Shown here: in pieces, positions 13,063 to 24,009 of the stretch
Position numbering within the stretch: the stretch's first letter is position 1
How the letters are laid out: each line of letters opens with the position of its first letter
From: Mytilus californianus
Taxonomy: Eukaryota
Assembly (NCBI RefSeq): GCF_021869535.1
Contig: NW_026262676.1
Location: 620,001 to 684,000 of the forward strand
Direction of reading: 5' to 3'
Length of the DNA stretch: 64,000 nucleotides
The notes under the pieces: generated by a model
What the model was told of the DNA's origin: nothing
What the model saw: the letters and a program-made list of their open reading frames with translations, nothing else
Databases searched by the model: none
Translations under genes and position numbers: made by a program

Positions 13063-13796
13063 GATTGATTGATTGATTGATTGATTGTTGGTTGCTTAAC
13101 GTCCAATGGCAAATATTTCATGCATATTCAGGACGAGAACAAGTTCACAATAAATACAATAGGTAGGTTCTGTAATAGGTTAAGGGATTAAGGTCGGAGA
13201 AATTTAGACTGCCACGGAAAATGAGGGTATATTGGATAGGGACAGAAATTTAGCCTTGCAACAGGTCACCTACGGACCCCTCAAAGAGTTGTTGCAAGGG
13301 TTCTTAACGTGCAAAGAGCGTGGCACTCTCTTTACACGAGGCATCGGATTTAACGTCCCCATTCTGACCGGATTGATTGATTGATTGTTGGTTGCTTAAC
13401 GTCCAGTGGCAAATATTTCATGCATATTCAGGACGAGAACAAGTTCACAATAAATACAATAGGTAGGTTCTGTAATAGATTAAGGGATTAAGGTCGGAGA
13501 AATTTAGACTGCCACGGGAAATGAGGGTATATTGGATAGAGACAGAAATTTAGCCTTGCAACAGGTCACCTACGGACCCCTCAAAGAGTTGTTGCAAGGG
13601 TTCTTAACGTGCAAAGAGCGTGGCACTCTCTTTACACGAGGCATCGGATTTAACGTCCCCATTCTGACCGGACGTGGCTGCAAATTTGTACATCCCGCAC
13701 AGCCAAACGGACGCCCCACTTTAGCACGGGTTTTACTGCCGGTCGGAGGAAGACCAATGGTGACCATACTTCTATTCCCCAGTCACCCTTGGGGGG
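13063..13796 (-). mobile_element. SINE-like family A tandem dimer (full copy 13371-13796 plus 5'-truncated copy 13063-13370)
   Basis: A single TSD, TTGAAGCAACAGA at 13052-13064 and 13797-13809, flanks both units. Confidence 0.95.
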
Positions 13797-14000
13797 TTGA
13801 AGCAACAGAAACTATGATGAAGAGTGAAATGTCCAGGTTCCTGAAATATGCCCCTGAAAGGCACGGAAATGGAGGGAGGAAAGAAAAAAGAAAGAGGCAG
13901 GATGAGGACATTTCAAATTCCGTTCCAGATGCTCAAAATAAATAAATGCTCTTTTCATCTGGTTTTTAATGACTCATACTGACTAAATAATTGTATGGCA

Positions 14001-14150
14001 GGTTAAGTCAAACCAAAGATTTTAAAATTGGTATTTGCCGCTTTTCCGCCAAACATACAGCATTTAGGAGTGGTTAGCCTTGAGTCAGAATAATGTGTCT
14101 GGATAAGGTGACATGTGTGAACTGTTAGTGAGCTAGTACATTAAAAATCA
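14001..14150 (+). mobile_element. Headless fragment of a tRNA-derived SINE (Meta/MESC-like core)
   Basis: CAAACCAAAGATTTTAAAATTGGTATTTGCCGCTTTTCCGCC is homologous to the minus-strand SINE core at about 59530-59580. Confidence 0.65.
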
Positions 14151-14446
14151 TGCTCGGCATTTCTGCACTCATGTTTGTCCTGGATATGCATTTGACTTTC
14201 ATCCTAATCAAATATTTTAATAAATGTCTTTCAATCTTTTTTCTCTAAAAAGTGTGGAGCATCCAACAAAAATGTGTTTTATTTACATATGAAAGAACTG
14301 ACCAACTTACACCAGAAGCGTTACAGTGTACTGGTTGTTAGTCTACCAAATTGCTTCGAGCTTTTTAAATAATTAGAATTTAACTGTTGAGAGTGGAGAA
14401 ATATTAATTACTTGAGTTAAAGTGTCCTAATCTGTTTCTCAAATGG

Positions 14447-14742
14447 TTTTATACCCCACTTACGATAGTAGAGGTGCATTATGTTTTCTGGTCTGTGCGT
14501 CTGTCCGTTCGTTCTTTTGTCCGTCTGTCTGTCTGTCCCGCTTCAGGTTAAAGTTTTTGGTCGAGGTTTTTTTTTTTGATGAAGTTGAAGTCCAATCAAC
14601 TTGAAACTTAGCACACATATTCCCTATGATATGATCTTTCGAATTCAAATGCCAAATGAGAGTTTATACCCCAATTTCATGGTCCACTGAACATATAAAA
14701 TGAAAGTGCGAGTGGGGCATCCGTTTACTATAGACATATTTT
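14447..14742 (-). mobile_element. pearl/HINE-like element
   Basis: T-rich end, imperfect hairpin, and (GTCC/GTCT)n microsatellite. Confidence 0.55.
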
Positions 14743-15124
14743 AGTTATCATTTCTTTTGAGGTCTTCAGGCATGGTCTCCTTTTTTCATGCCGTCACACT
14801 AGGAAAATTCAGAAGAAACCAAGAAAATTTGAGGTGATAATTAAATTTCAACCAATGAATTGCAGAGAACAGATATTTTACTTAATATTTTTCTCACACT
14901 GATCAAGAAATGTGAAAATAGCACAAACATTGGAGAAACTTATTATCAACATTCTCAACGTTGTATCAACTATGAATTTTCAACGTTGAATCAACGTTGA
15001 TATCTTAACGTTGTATTTTCAACGTTGAAATGACCTTTCATTTTCAATCTATAATTCAACGTTGATTCAACGTTTCAGCATGACGTTGTTTCAACGCTGA
15101 AGCAACGTTGATGTGCCCGCTGGA

Positions 15125-15600
15125 ATGAGTGCCAATGAAACAACTCTCCATCCAAGTTACAATTTATAAATGTAAACCATTATAGGTCAAGGTACGGCCT
15201 TCAACACGGAGCATTGTCTCACACTGAACAGCAAGCTATAAAGGGCCCAAAAAAATTACTAGTGTAAAACCATTCAAACGGGAAAACCAATGGTCTAATC
15301 TATATAAAAACGAGAAACGAGAAACACGTATGAACTACATAAACAGACGACAACTACTGTACATCACATTCCTGACTTAGGACAGGTGCAAACATTTGCA
15401 GCGGGATTAAACGTTTCAATGTTACCAAACCTTCTCCCTTTCCTGAAACAACAGTATAACATCACAACATAGGGGGACACACTATAAAATATCAATTGGA
15501 AGGCTTAACTCGATCAAAAAATGTAAATTAACACACAATGAACGAATAAATTTGACCTGTGACACCTGAATGCAAATACATAGTTAATAAAAAATTATAA
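15125..15600. repeat. Interspersed repeat family B (continuation of 10865-10881)
   Basis: Collinear with 17157-17590 and with the reverse copy at 27828-28175. Confidence 0.9.
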
Positions 15601-16344
15601 GGGATAAATAATTGAAGTTAAAAATAAATAAACAGGTTTAAACAAAGTTAAAGTATGATATCACTGTAAAATGTCAAACAATTTTAAGAAAATCATCACT
15701 TTTGACGAAACCTGCGTCATATTATAACAGGTAAATTAAATAATTTTGTTGTTAAGTGTACTTCTTCTTCAGTGTGAATAAAATCTTCCGTTTAGGAATA
15801 CCAAGAAATTTCTTTAATATCAATAAAACTAATATAACACTTGGTACATATGGGGTGAATATCAACAATAAAACTATACAATTAGTGATAGATAAAACTT
15901 CCTGTACAGGTGAAAGACCAGTATTTAAGGGGAAATGAAATAATTTTGATGTTCATAGTACGAAGAAGTGAAAATTTGTAGTAAGCTGGTATATAGACAA
16001 GACCCATGTGAACATTGAATAACAAAAAAGCATTACAAATATGTATGCTTTAAATGTGCTTTGACAATGATTATTTATATTTGCATTTTGTCTGTCTTAT
16101 AGATGATGACAAAATGCCTTGGAGTTTTAAAGGTGCTTTATGTGTTTTATATATGCTTCATATTATTCGTATGTAATTAAATATTATTGAATGACAAAAT
16201 CATTGTTATGTTTGTTGACATCTGCTGAAATAAAATTTGTAAACCTTATGTTTTCTTTATTATAAAGTATTACATTGTAGAGATAAATCACACTGACAGT
16301 CAACCACACAAAGTATGATCAGAAACATACAATTCACTGCACTG

Positions 16345-16505
16345 TCTTAGGATTTTTTGGTCCTCAATGCTCTTCAACTTCGTACTTTATTTGGCCTTTA
16401 TAATATTTTTTTGATTCGAGCGTCACTGATGAGTCTTTTGTAGACGAAACGCGCGTCTGCGTAAATATAAAATTTCAATCCTGGTATCTATGATGAGTTT
16501 ATTTA
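16345..16505 (+). mobile_element. Short Penelope-like-derived repeat carrying a hammerhead ribozyme
   Basis: Contains the minimal type-I hammerhead below. The Penelope link is inferred from the ribozyme type. Confidence 0.5.
16420..16462 (+). ncRNA. Minimal type-I hammerhead ribozyme
   Basis: GCGTCA-CTGATGA(16426-16432)-GTCT-TTTGT-AGAC-GAAA(16446-16449)-C-GCGC-G-TC-TGCGT. Complete core, 4-bp stem II, palindromic GCGC loop III. Predicted cut after C16457. Confidence 0.8.
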
Positions 16506-17034
16506 TAATCACATAAGGTTTGTAATCAAACAAAAAAAAGGAACCTGAAAACATCAGTTATTAACAAGCTGTTACTGCGAAAATCCTGGATATTGGATAT
16601 TTAGTTAATCACAATTTCATGTAATTACAGGTAGTTTTGTTCTCACTTGAGTGATTAAATAGGTGTCAATAGTACACGTGTCAGTTGTTAGTTTGAAGTA
16701 TGGTGATTAAAAAGGTGTCAACGATGCACGTGGCATGATGTCATATTTCCAGTTGAATCAATTAAGATATGCATATTATAAATTATTTTGAGAGGGACAT
16801 TATTACAAATTATAATACAGAAATACAAATCAGTGGGAGATTTTCATTATTAAATGAATGTATTCTTAATTTTCTTTTTATACATATCTTGTTAACGTAA
16901 TTTATATTACTCGCTTCTAAAATGTTCAAAATAAATTATTTAAGTAATTGTAAATCATTATTAATTTCAAATTAAGTATTGATAATTAATTTCCAATAAA
17001 AACAAAATCAAACATCATACTTATATTCTTCTAG

Positions 17035-17105
17035 TAGTCCGAGTTTGGTCTAGTCCGAGTTTGTTATAGTCCGATTTTGTTATAGGCCGAGATATCATGG
17101 ATTCG
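17035..17105. repeat. ~17-bp tandem repeat (TAGTCCGAGTTTG..) x4, probably a MITE end
   Basis: Direct inspection. Confidence 0.6.
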
Positions 17106-17156
17106 TTTGTACTATAAACGACACATTTATTTTCTATTACCTGTGAAATAGACATA

Positions 17157-17590
17157 GGAAGATGCGGTATGAGTGCCAATGAGACAACTCTCCATCCAAG
17201 CTACAATCTATGAAAGCAAACCATTATGGGTTAAGGTACGGCCTTCAACACGGAGCATTGGCTCATACCGAACAGCAAGCTTTAAAGGGCCCCAAAAAAT
17301 TACTGTGTAAAACCATTCAAACGGAAGAACCGACGGTCTAATCTATATAAAAACGAGAAACGAGAAACACGTATGAACTACATAAACAGACGACAACTAC
17401 TGTAATCAGATTCCTGACTTAGGACAGGTGCAAACATTTGCAGCGGGATTAAACGTTTTAATGGTACCAAACCTTCTCCCTTTTCTGAAACAATAGTATA
17501 ACATCACAACATAGAAAAACACACTATAAAATATCAATTGGAAGGCTTGACTCAATCAAAAAACGTAAATTAACACACAATGAAAGAATA
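17157..17590. repeat. Interspersed repeat family B
   Basis: High identity to 15125-15600. Confidence 0.9.
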
Positions 17591-18885
17591 AAATAGTCCA
17601 GTCAAACTAAGTTTAAACCTCAAACTAATTGCAACAGAAAATCTTTTAGTTCTAATCTATAGCAGAAAGCCCTACATATACACAGAAAAAAACTCCCATA
17701 AAATCTAACTTGAGGAAAATTCAAAGTCAGCATTTTTAATTTCTTATAGAAATTAACATTGGAAAGGGAGAAAACTCTGCAGTTTTTGGTTGATTTTCTT
17801 AAAATTCATGTAAAGTTGTACTTGCAGTTAAGTACCAGTCGATTTTTGTTTAGGAAATATACAAAACCGAAGTGTTATGAGTACTTTTATTTTTTTGCAC
17901 ATTTTTCATTAAAGAAATTGCAAAGGAGTAGAGCCACGAAGGGTTAAAAACGGCCCTGTCTCAGAAATTGACGTAATTACTGCAGAAGGTTCACTAACTA
18001 GTGTAGTTCATAAAACGATAACCATTAGACTTGTAACTGTGTTTGTATAAATTTCCAGGGCGTCAGAAAGGACCAAGGCACAATGGTATTTTAGCCATTT
18101 GCCCGTAACGTTAAAATTGTTTCCATTAACGTTCAACTTCTAGTAGACCTTTATAATCATTTTACCACAAGAATTGTTTTCCAAAATATTTCTTGAATCT
18201 CGTCCATATATCTTGTTTTTTGTTTCAACTCTATTCACAGAAACTTACGAATATTAAGGTTTAAGCTGTACATAAGCGCTTCAATTAAATTTTGTATAAG
18301 TGGCCCGAATACTCATTTTCTGTATTGATATTTTCGAAGTAGAAATTGCAGAGACTATGTAAACAAACATAATTCTATAGCATAGATTAAATTAAAAGTT
18401 ATGAAGGATTTTAAAACATACGCAATAAATGTCTTCTATTGGGCAGAAGGATTTAGATTGACAGCTGTAAAACATCTTGGCGAGCGAAGTACAGTCGGTA
18501 AAAAAAGTATGAGGACAGTTGATCACACCACATCATCTTATTTGTATATGGAAAGAAAACCGTGATTCACTTAAACACAAGAAAGTTTATTTTCTAGTAA
18601 AGAAGTAAAAGATGAAATCACAGATAAAGATAAACATTGTGTTTAGACAGTACATAGCATTACATGTACTTCAATAATCATAGAACACATTATAATTGTA
18701 CAGAAGTCATCAGACACCAGAACCACACGTGCGCTCATAAACATCAATCTCATTCCGGAGGATTACATGCTTATTTTCAAAGCAACATTCAGAATTAAAC
18801 ACATGAATGAACAATAGTTTCATATACTACTGCCATTCATACGTCACTGACCACATTACATAGTACTGCTATCTCTAAGTGTGCG

Positions 18886-19294
18886 CCCCCAAGGGTGACT
18901 GGGGAATAGAAGTATGGTCACCATTGGTCTTCCTCCGACCGGCAGTAAAACCCGTGCTAAAGTGGGGCGTCCGTTTGGCTGTGCGGGATTTACAAATTTG
19001 CAGCCACGTCCGGTCAGAATGGGGACGTTAAATCCGATGCCTCGTGTAATGAGAGTGCCACGCTCTTTGCACGTTAAGAACCCTTGCAACAACTCTTTGA
19101 GGGGTCTGAAGGTGACCTGTTGCAAGGGTAAATTTCTGTCCCTATCCAATATACCCTCATTTCCCGTGGCAGTCTAAATTTCTCCGACCTTAATCTATTA
19201 CAGAACCTACCTATTGTATTTATTGTGAACTTGTTCTCGTCCTGAATATGCATGAAATATTTGCCACTGGACGTTAAGCAACCAACAATCAATC
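18886..19294 (+). mobile_element. SINE-like family A, copy 8 (element sense orientation)
   Basis: Starts CCCCCAAGGGTGACTGGGG and ends GGACGTTAAGCAACCAACAATCAATC. Imperfect TSD CTAA(G/T)TGTGCG. Confidence 0.95.
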
Positions 19295-19413
19295 TAATTG
19301 TGCGCATGAAATATGTAGTCATCTGTAAAAATTAAAATATAATTCTTTCAAATGGTTCAATAAATCCTTTTTATATTTTCTCAGAACTTTTTTACTAGAC
19401 AAAGTAATAGTTT

Positions 19414-19586
19414 AAAGGCAGTTGCTATTTTGCCGTAGCCGCCAATATTGAAAATATGCTATATTGCCAACTCTCGGTAAGCGGAAGCCAGCATGTCAGT
19501 AAAAATGATTTTGTTTACAGATATGCAATCTAAAACTGACTTATTATTTCAAAACCGCCGGCGGCGGCAAAATAGCCACTGACTAG
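19414..19586. mobile_element. MITE with GC-rich TIRs and a TAG-type terminus
   Basis: Left GGCAGTTGCTATTTTGCCGTAGCCGCC; right GGCGGCGGCAAAATAGCCACTGACTA. Confidence 0.65.
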
Positions 19587-19757
19587 TTTAAAAAACTAAA
19601 AAAAATTGACAGAATACTCATTCTCAGTTGTCCATTGTGGACGATTCCATTTAGTGATTTAGCTATATTCAATTAAATCTGTCCGACTTTTGCATGTTTC
19701 TATCAATTACGTTTTAAAAGAACAAATACTTTTATTATTTTATGATTCGTATTCTCG

Positions 19758-20200
19758 TTAAAGGGGCATTAGCTACGATATATAGAAAAAAAAAGATTTT
19801 TTTTGTTCAATCATTAATGAAAGTGAAATAGTGAAATAATAATTCGCTTTTAGCAGCCAGTTTGGTTCAGTTTTGTCAAAATAAGCAAAGCAACATCCCT
19901 AATGAATTATTCACTTGCAAGTGGATAATTCGACCTCATTAAATCCGTATTCATAAGAAGTTCAATTGAACCCCTTAGCTAGAGATGGGTTACACATGAA
20001 ATAGGCGTGTCCAGGTATTAAAAGAAAAAGAATGTCAACATTGGAAGTGAAACAAGGGTAAACCATTTGGTTGACTGATTCGATCTACAAAAACTTATTC
20101 TTATACAGGTAAAAACGACTATTAACATATTCATTTAACCTATAATATCAAATCAAACAGACCTAGAAAAATCCTATTGCACGAGTTTGCTATCTATTTC
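19758..20200. mobile_element. One-ended non-autonomous DNA transposon (Kolobok-like TTAA-AGGGGCA terminus)
   Basis: TTAAAGGGGCATTAGCTACG start. No matching right end seen. Confidence 0.4.
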
Positions 20201-20922
20201 AGTGTAGGAGACAGTCAGTCGCCTGGTCGCCAAATGCGACCAAAACCTTGATTGGACGACTAGAAATTGTCAAAAGATGTATAGTTAGTGGCCCAAAAAT
20301 TAATCATTGGGAGAGTACATTTTTACACTCAAAATCGTATATTACTCCTATAAATAACGACCCCAACTTCGGAACAGTTACACGCATTTTCGGAAACCTC
20401 TGGGTCACGCCGTTAAAACGTGCAAGTGTACCCGAATTAACAGAGACTCAACATGGCGGATACAAGCAAGGGATGGGGATTTTTGAAAAGAACCCCATCA
20501 ACGGATACAAAGAAGCAGCCGTCAAAGTATGCAAAGTAAGTAACTAATGTATTTTTATAAGGTGTAAGTTTTCTTCGCTGTTTCTTACCAGTTACTATTT
20601 GGTCAGCCGTAGCTTATGTATCTGCAGTACAGCGGGTTGACGCCGAATTGATTTAGTACAATATGACAAATTATTTACGTTTGTAAATTATACTAAAATG
20701 TATTTTAATTTTGTTTTGCATTGACACTTTGGAAAATACAACCTGTTCAGTTGAAAATGACTGACAAAATTAAGTTTTAACTTGACAATACATCGACTAG
20801 AATATCGCGGAAATTCCTAGTGCTATTTTTAGATCAATTCGTAGAAACTTGTTTATTTTTAAACGCAACAACAAACCGTAAGTAACCAAGAGCAAGGTGA
20901 TTCAAATAAATATTTTTTGTAG

Positions 20923-23221
20923 GTATGAACAAAACAGATCACAAAGAAAGGTTCAAGAAGGATGGAAAACAGGAAGACCTTCAATTGACAATTTGATGAG
21001 CTGTACGTGGTGTGAACAGCCAATGGACCACTGCAAAGCTTGAGACTTTGAAATCACATGAAACCAGTAATATCCATATAAAGAACAGGGATATTATAGC
21101 TGGGAAATCAAAAGCAGCTGGTGGTTTAGAAACAGAAGCCATGAAGTGTGTTGAATCACTCAACAAAGCTGTAATGGATAAATTGTCTTTATTGTTTACA
21201 AAATGCCCATGATTTGTCTTTGGCTGGTAGACCCTTTTCTGATTTTGAGTGGATGTCTAAACTAGATCAAATGAAAGGCTTGGATGTTGGGAAAACCTAC
21301 CTGAACAGGAAACGGGCAAAAGAATTTACAGACTGCATTGCTAAAGTCCAGATGAACACCATCAAAGACAATATTCACAAGGCCAAATTTGTATCTATAC
21401 TATCAGATGGAAGCACGGATGCTAGTATAACAAAAATTGAGATGATCTATACCAGAGTCTGCGTAAATGGAATTGTTCAGGTATTATAGAATTATTCATA
21501 ATCTGTGTTGGTCTTGATCTATTAGTATTAATATACAACATGATTTATAATATAATAATTCTGTCAAAAGCCTTTTCATTTAAATGGGATAATGCTGGCA
21601 TATCTGTATAATGGCATAATGTTCATCTGTGTCTTTTTTCTCAAATTTAATAGTACATAATCAAGTTACAGGTATATTCAAACTTGCTTGGTTTACAGCT
21701 TCTAGACTAATGCATACTCCTTGTTTGAAACATGTATCTTATTTAGATCTTTCATGTGTATTCATCATTTCAACCTTGATTTCATGTTGTATCTTACAAT
21801 GTATGTCTTTTTCAGGTGTTTTTTGTTAACACAGCCTATGTAGCTAAACGTGATGCATCTGGTATCATTGAGACAATGAAACGATCCGTTGAAAAGTTGG
21901 ATGTGCCATGGAATAATTTCACCAAGAAACTTGTTGGAATGGGAAGTGATGGGGCGTCAGTCATGCTTGGCTGTAACAATGGTGTTGCTGCACACTTAAG
22001 AAGAATTCAGCCTGTTATGGTGGCAGTTCACTGCTATGCCCACAAGTTGGAGTTAGCTTTCAAAGATGCCATTAAGCATGTGCCACTGGATAGCAAGGTG
22101 ACCACTTGTCTGTTACAAGGACTGTACTACTTGTACCACAATAGTGCACTGAACAGGTAAGTCATTTATTATTTCAAAGTTTTAGCTTCATCAGCATTCA
22201 ATTCAGGATGTAACAATGAAGTGAGTTGGAGTGTATATATTCAAAACAATATTAAAACATATTTTATGATATTTATTTAAATTGGTTACATGTACATGTA
22301 GGTATTAAGTTTATTGTTGTGACAGTGCATAATTCATTTCTGAAACATTTTTTTCAGGTCCAACCTCAAAGATTCTTTCAAATCCCTTGGCATGACAGTT
22401 GTTTTGCCCACAAGAATTGGAGGCACACGATGGGTTGGTCATCTCTTGAGAGCGTTGATCAATTTTATGTCTGGCTACCAGGCCATTAAGAAGCACCTTG
22501 AGCAGGTACGTTGGTTTTCTTATCATTTACTGACAAATATGCTATTTTAATAATGTATGCATGTTCCACTTACACATTCATACTATGTTTAACATTTATT
22601 TTTAAATATTAATGTTACAGGTATGTGCATCTGCTACACATAAACAGCCCTAGTGGAAAAGCTAAAGGCCTTTTGAAATTGATAACATCCAGAGATATAA
22701 TACTATATTGCCATTTTATGGTAGGTATAGCTACCATTCTGTCCAGAGTGTCAAAGGTTTTCCAAGTTCGAGAATGTTGTGCTGCAGACATTCATGGCAT
22801 TATTGCGGAAACCAGCATGCTGATCAATGTATATGCAACAAAGTAAGTCTATTTAATTCATAAAAAATATCTAAATTTACAGTTTGAGTTAGATAAGTTG
22901 GATGTAATATATATTTTTTATAATTATTTTCTCCTTTTCTTCACTTGAATGTTCATCATGTATATCCATTATTTAACTAGATTGTGTTATATACTGCACT
23001 GTTTTAGAGTTGGACCATATCTTAGTAAGGCTAAACAGATTCTTAATCTAAATGAGGAAATATCATCTATGAGACAAAGACCTGGGGAGTCTTTTCCAGC
23101 AGCCAGAGGGAATCTTGTTGCAGGGTTGTTGGTCAGCTTGAAAAACAAATTTGAGTTGGATGACATTATACAAGCTATGGCTATAGCCAATTTTCATACA
23201 TGGCCATTACCTAATTCTGAG
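20923..23221 (+). pseudogene. Intron-containing hAT-like (ZNF862/C17orf113-type) transposase pseudogene
   Basis: GT-AG exons 20923-21480, 21816-22156, 22358-22505, 22621-22842 and 23008-~23221, with compatible phases. Motifs RPFSDF, SDGSTDAS, GSDGASVM, CYAHKLEL, GTRW. Frameshifts in exons 1 and 4. C-terminus not found. Confidence 0.8.
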
Positions 23222-23310
23222 GTGATAACACTAAAGAGATAGAAGGTTACAACAAAAAGTGCATGATGTTTGCTGTGTTTTTAAGTTTCATGCATGATCT
23301 AGATGTTTTG

Positions 23311-23411
23311 TTCCAAAAGTCATTCATGATTTCTGTCTTGTTCAAAATGTCATTCATGATTTCTGTCTTGTTCAAAATGTCATTCATGATTTCTGTCTTG
23401 TTCAAAATGTC
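23311..23411. repeat. 30-bp minisatellite, ~3.4 copies
   Basis: TTCAAAATGTCATTCATGATTTCTGTCTTG repeated. Confidence 0.95.
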
Positions 23412-24009
23412 AGATACATTTTGTCGTCTTCAAAATTTTGCAGTTCTATGTTCTTTTATTTTATTTTTATTTGTGTTTGTTTTCAATATTAAATTCTTAG
23501 ATTCCATTTCTTTTGTTTTGCTCTTCATAATAGTCTTATTTGATGTAAAACTTTTCATTCAAGTGACTGTATTCAATTTCCGACAAATATAGAAGTATGC
23601 CAATAATGATATATATATATATATATATATAGAAAATAACAAACAAGATTGTTGACACCAATTTAATACATTCATGTTTTGACAATTTATTTTTATTAAA
23701 GAAAGCTATAAAATAAATATGTAAATCTTGATATTTATTCTATTCTTATTGTTTACAGAGTGCCCACTTTTTTTGTTATACTGATTTTAAGTGCTCTTCA
23801 TGTTTAGATATTATATGGAGAGATTTAAGATGGTGCGGAGAGCGTTTGAGGATGATATGGGTATATATCGTGGTTAAGTCCGGATTGATGTTCAAATGAA
23901 TTACATGCAGAAATTGGATGAGATCTGTACGTGCCTGCTTCCAGCAATCACTCGATCTCCATCCATATATACCCAGCTATCCGTCCTTGCAGTTCCTTTA
24001 ACTGGCCTG

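Larger units (their letters stand above)
10882..15124. mobile_element. Non-autonomous TIR transposon (CMC/EnSpm-like) with subterminal palindrome arrays
   Basis: TIR CCCAGCGGGCACAT (10882-10895) and ATGTGCCCGCTGGA (15111-15124). 2-bp AT TSD. It splits a family-B repeat (GATGTGGT-AT-GAGTGCC). TCAACGTTGA-type arrays at 10896-11183 and 14947-15110. Confidence 0.85.

Noticed and set aside
23263-23592. Hydrophobic 109-aa ORF
   Set aside because: Produced by the 30-bp minisatellite and T-rich sequence.
23816-23985. Weak inverted repeat (GATATGGGTATATAT / ATATATACCCAGCTATC)
   Set aside because: Short and imperfect, with no TSD or second copy to define an element.
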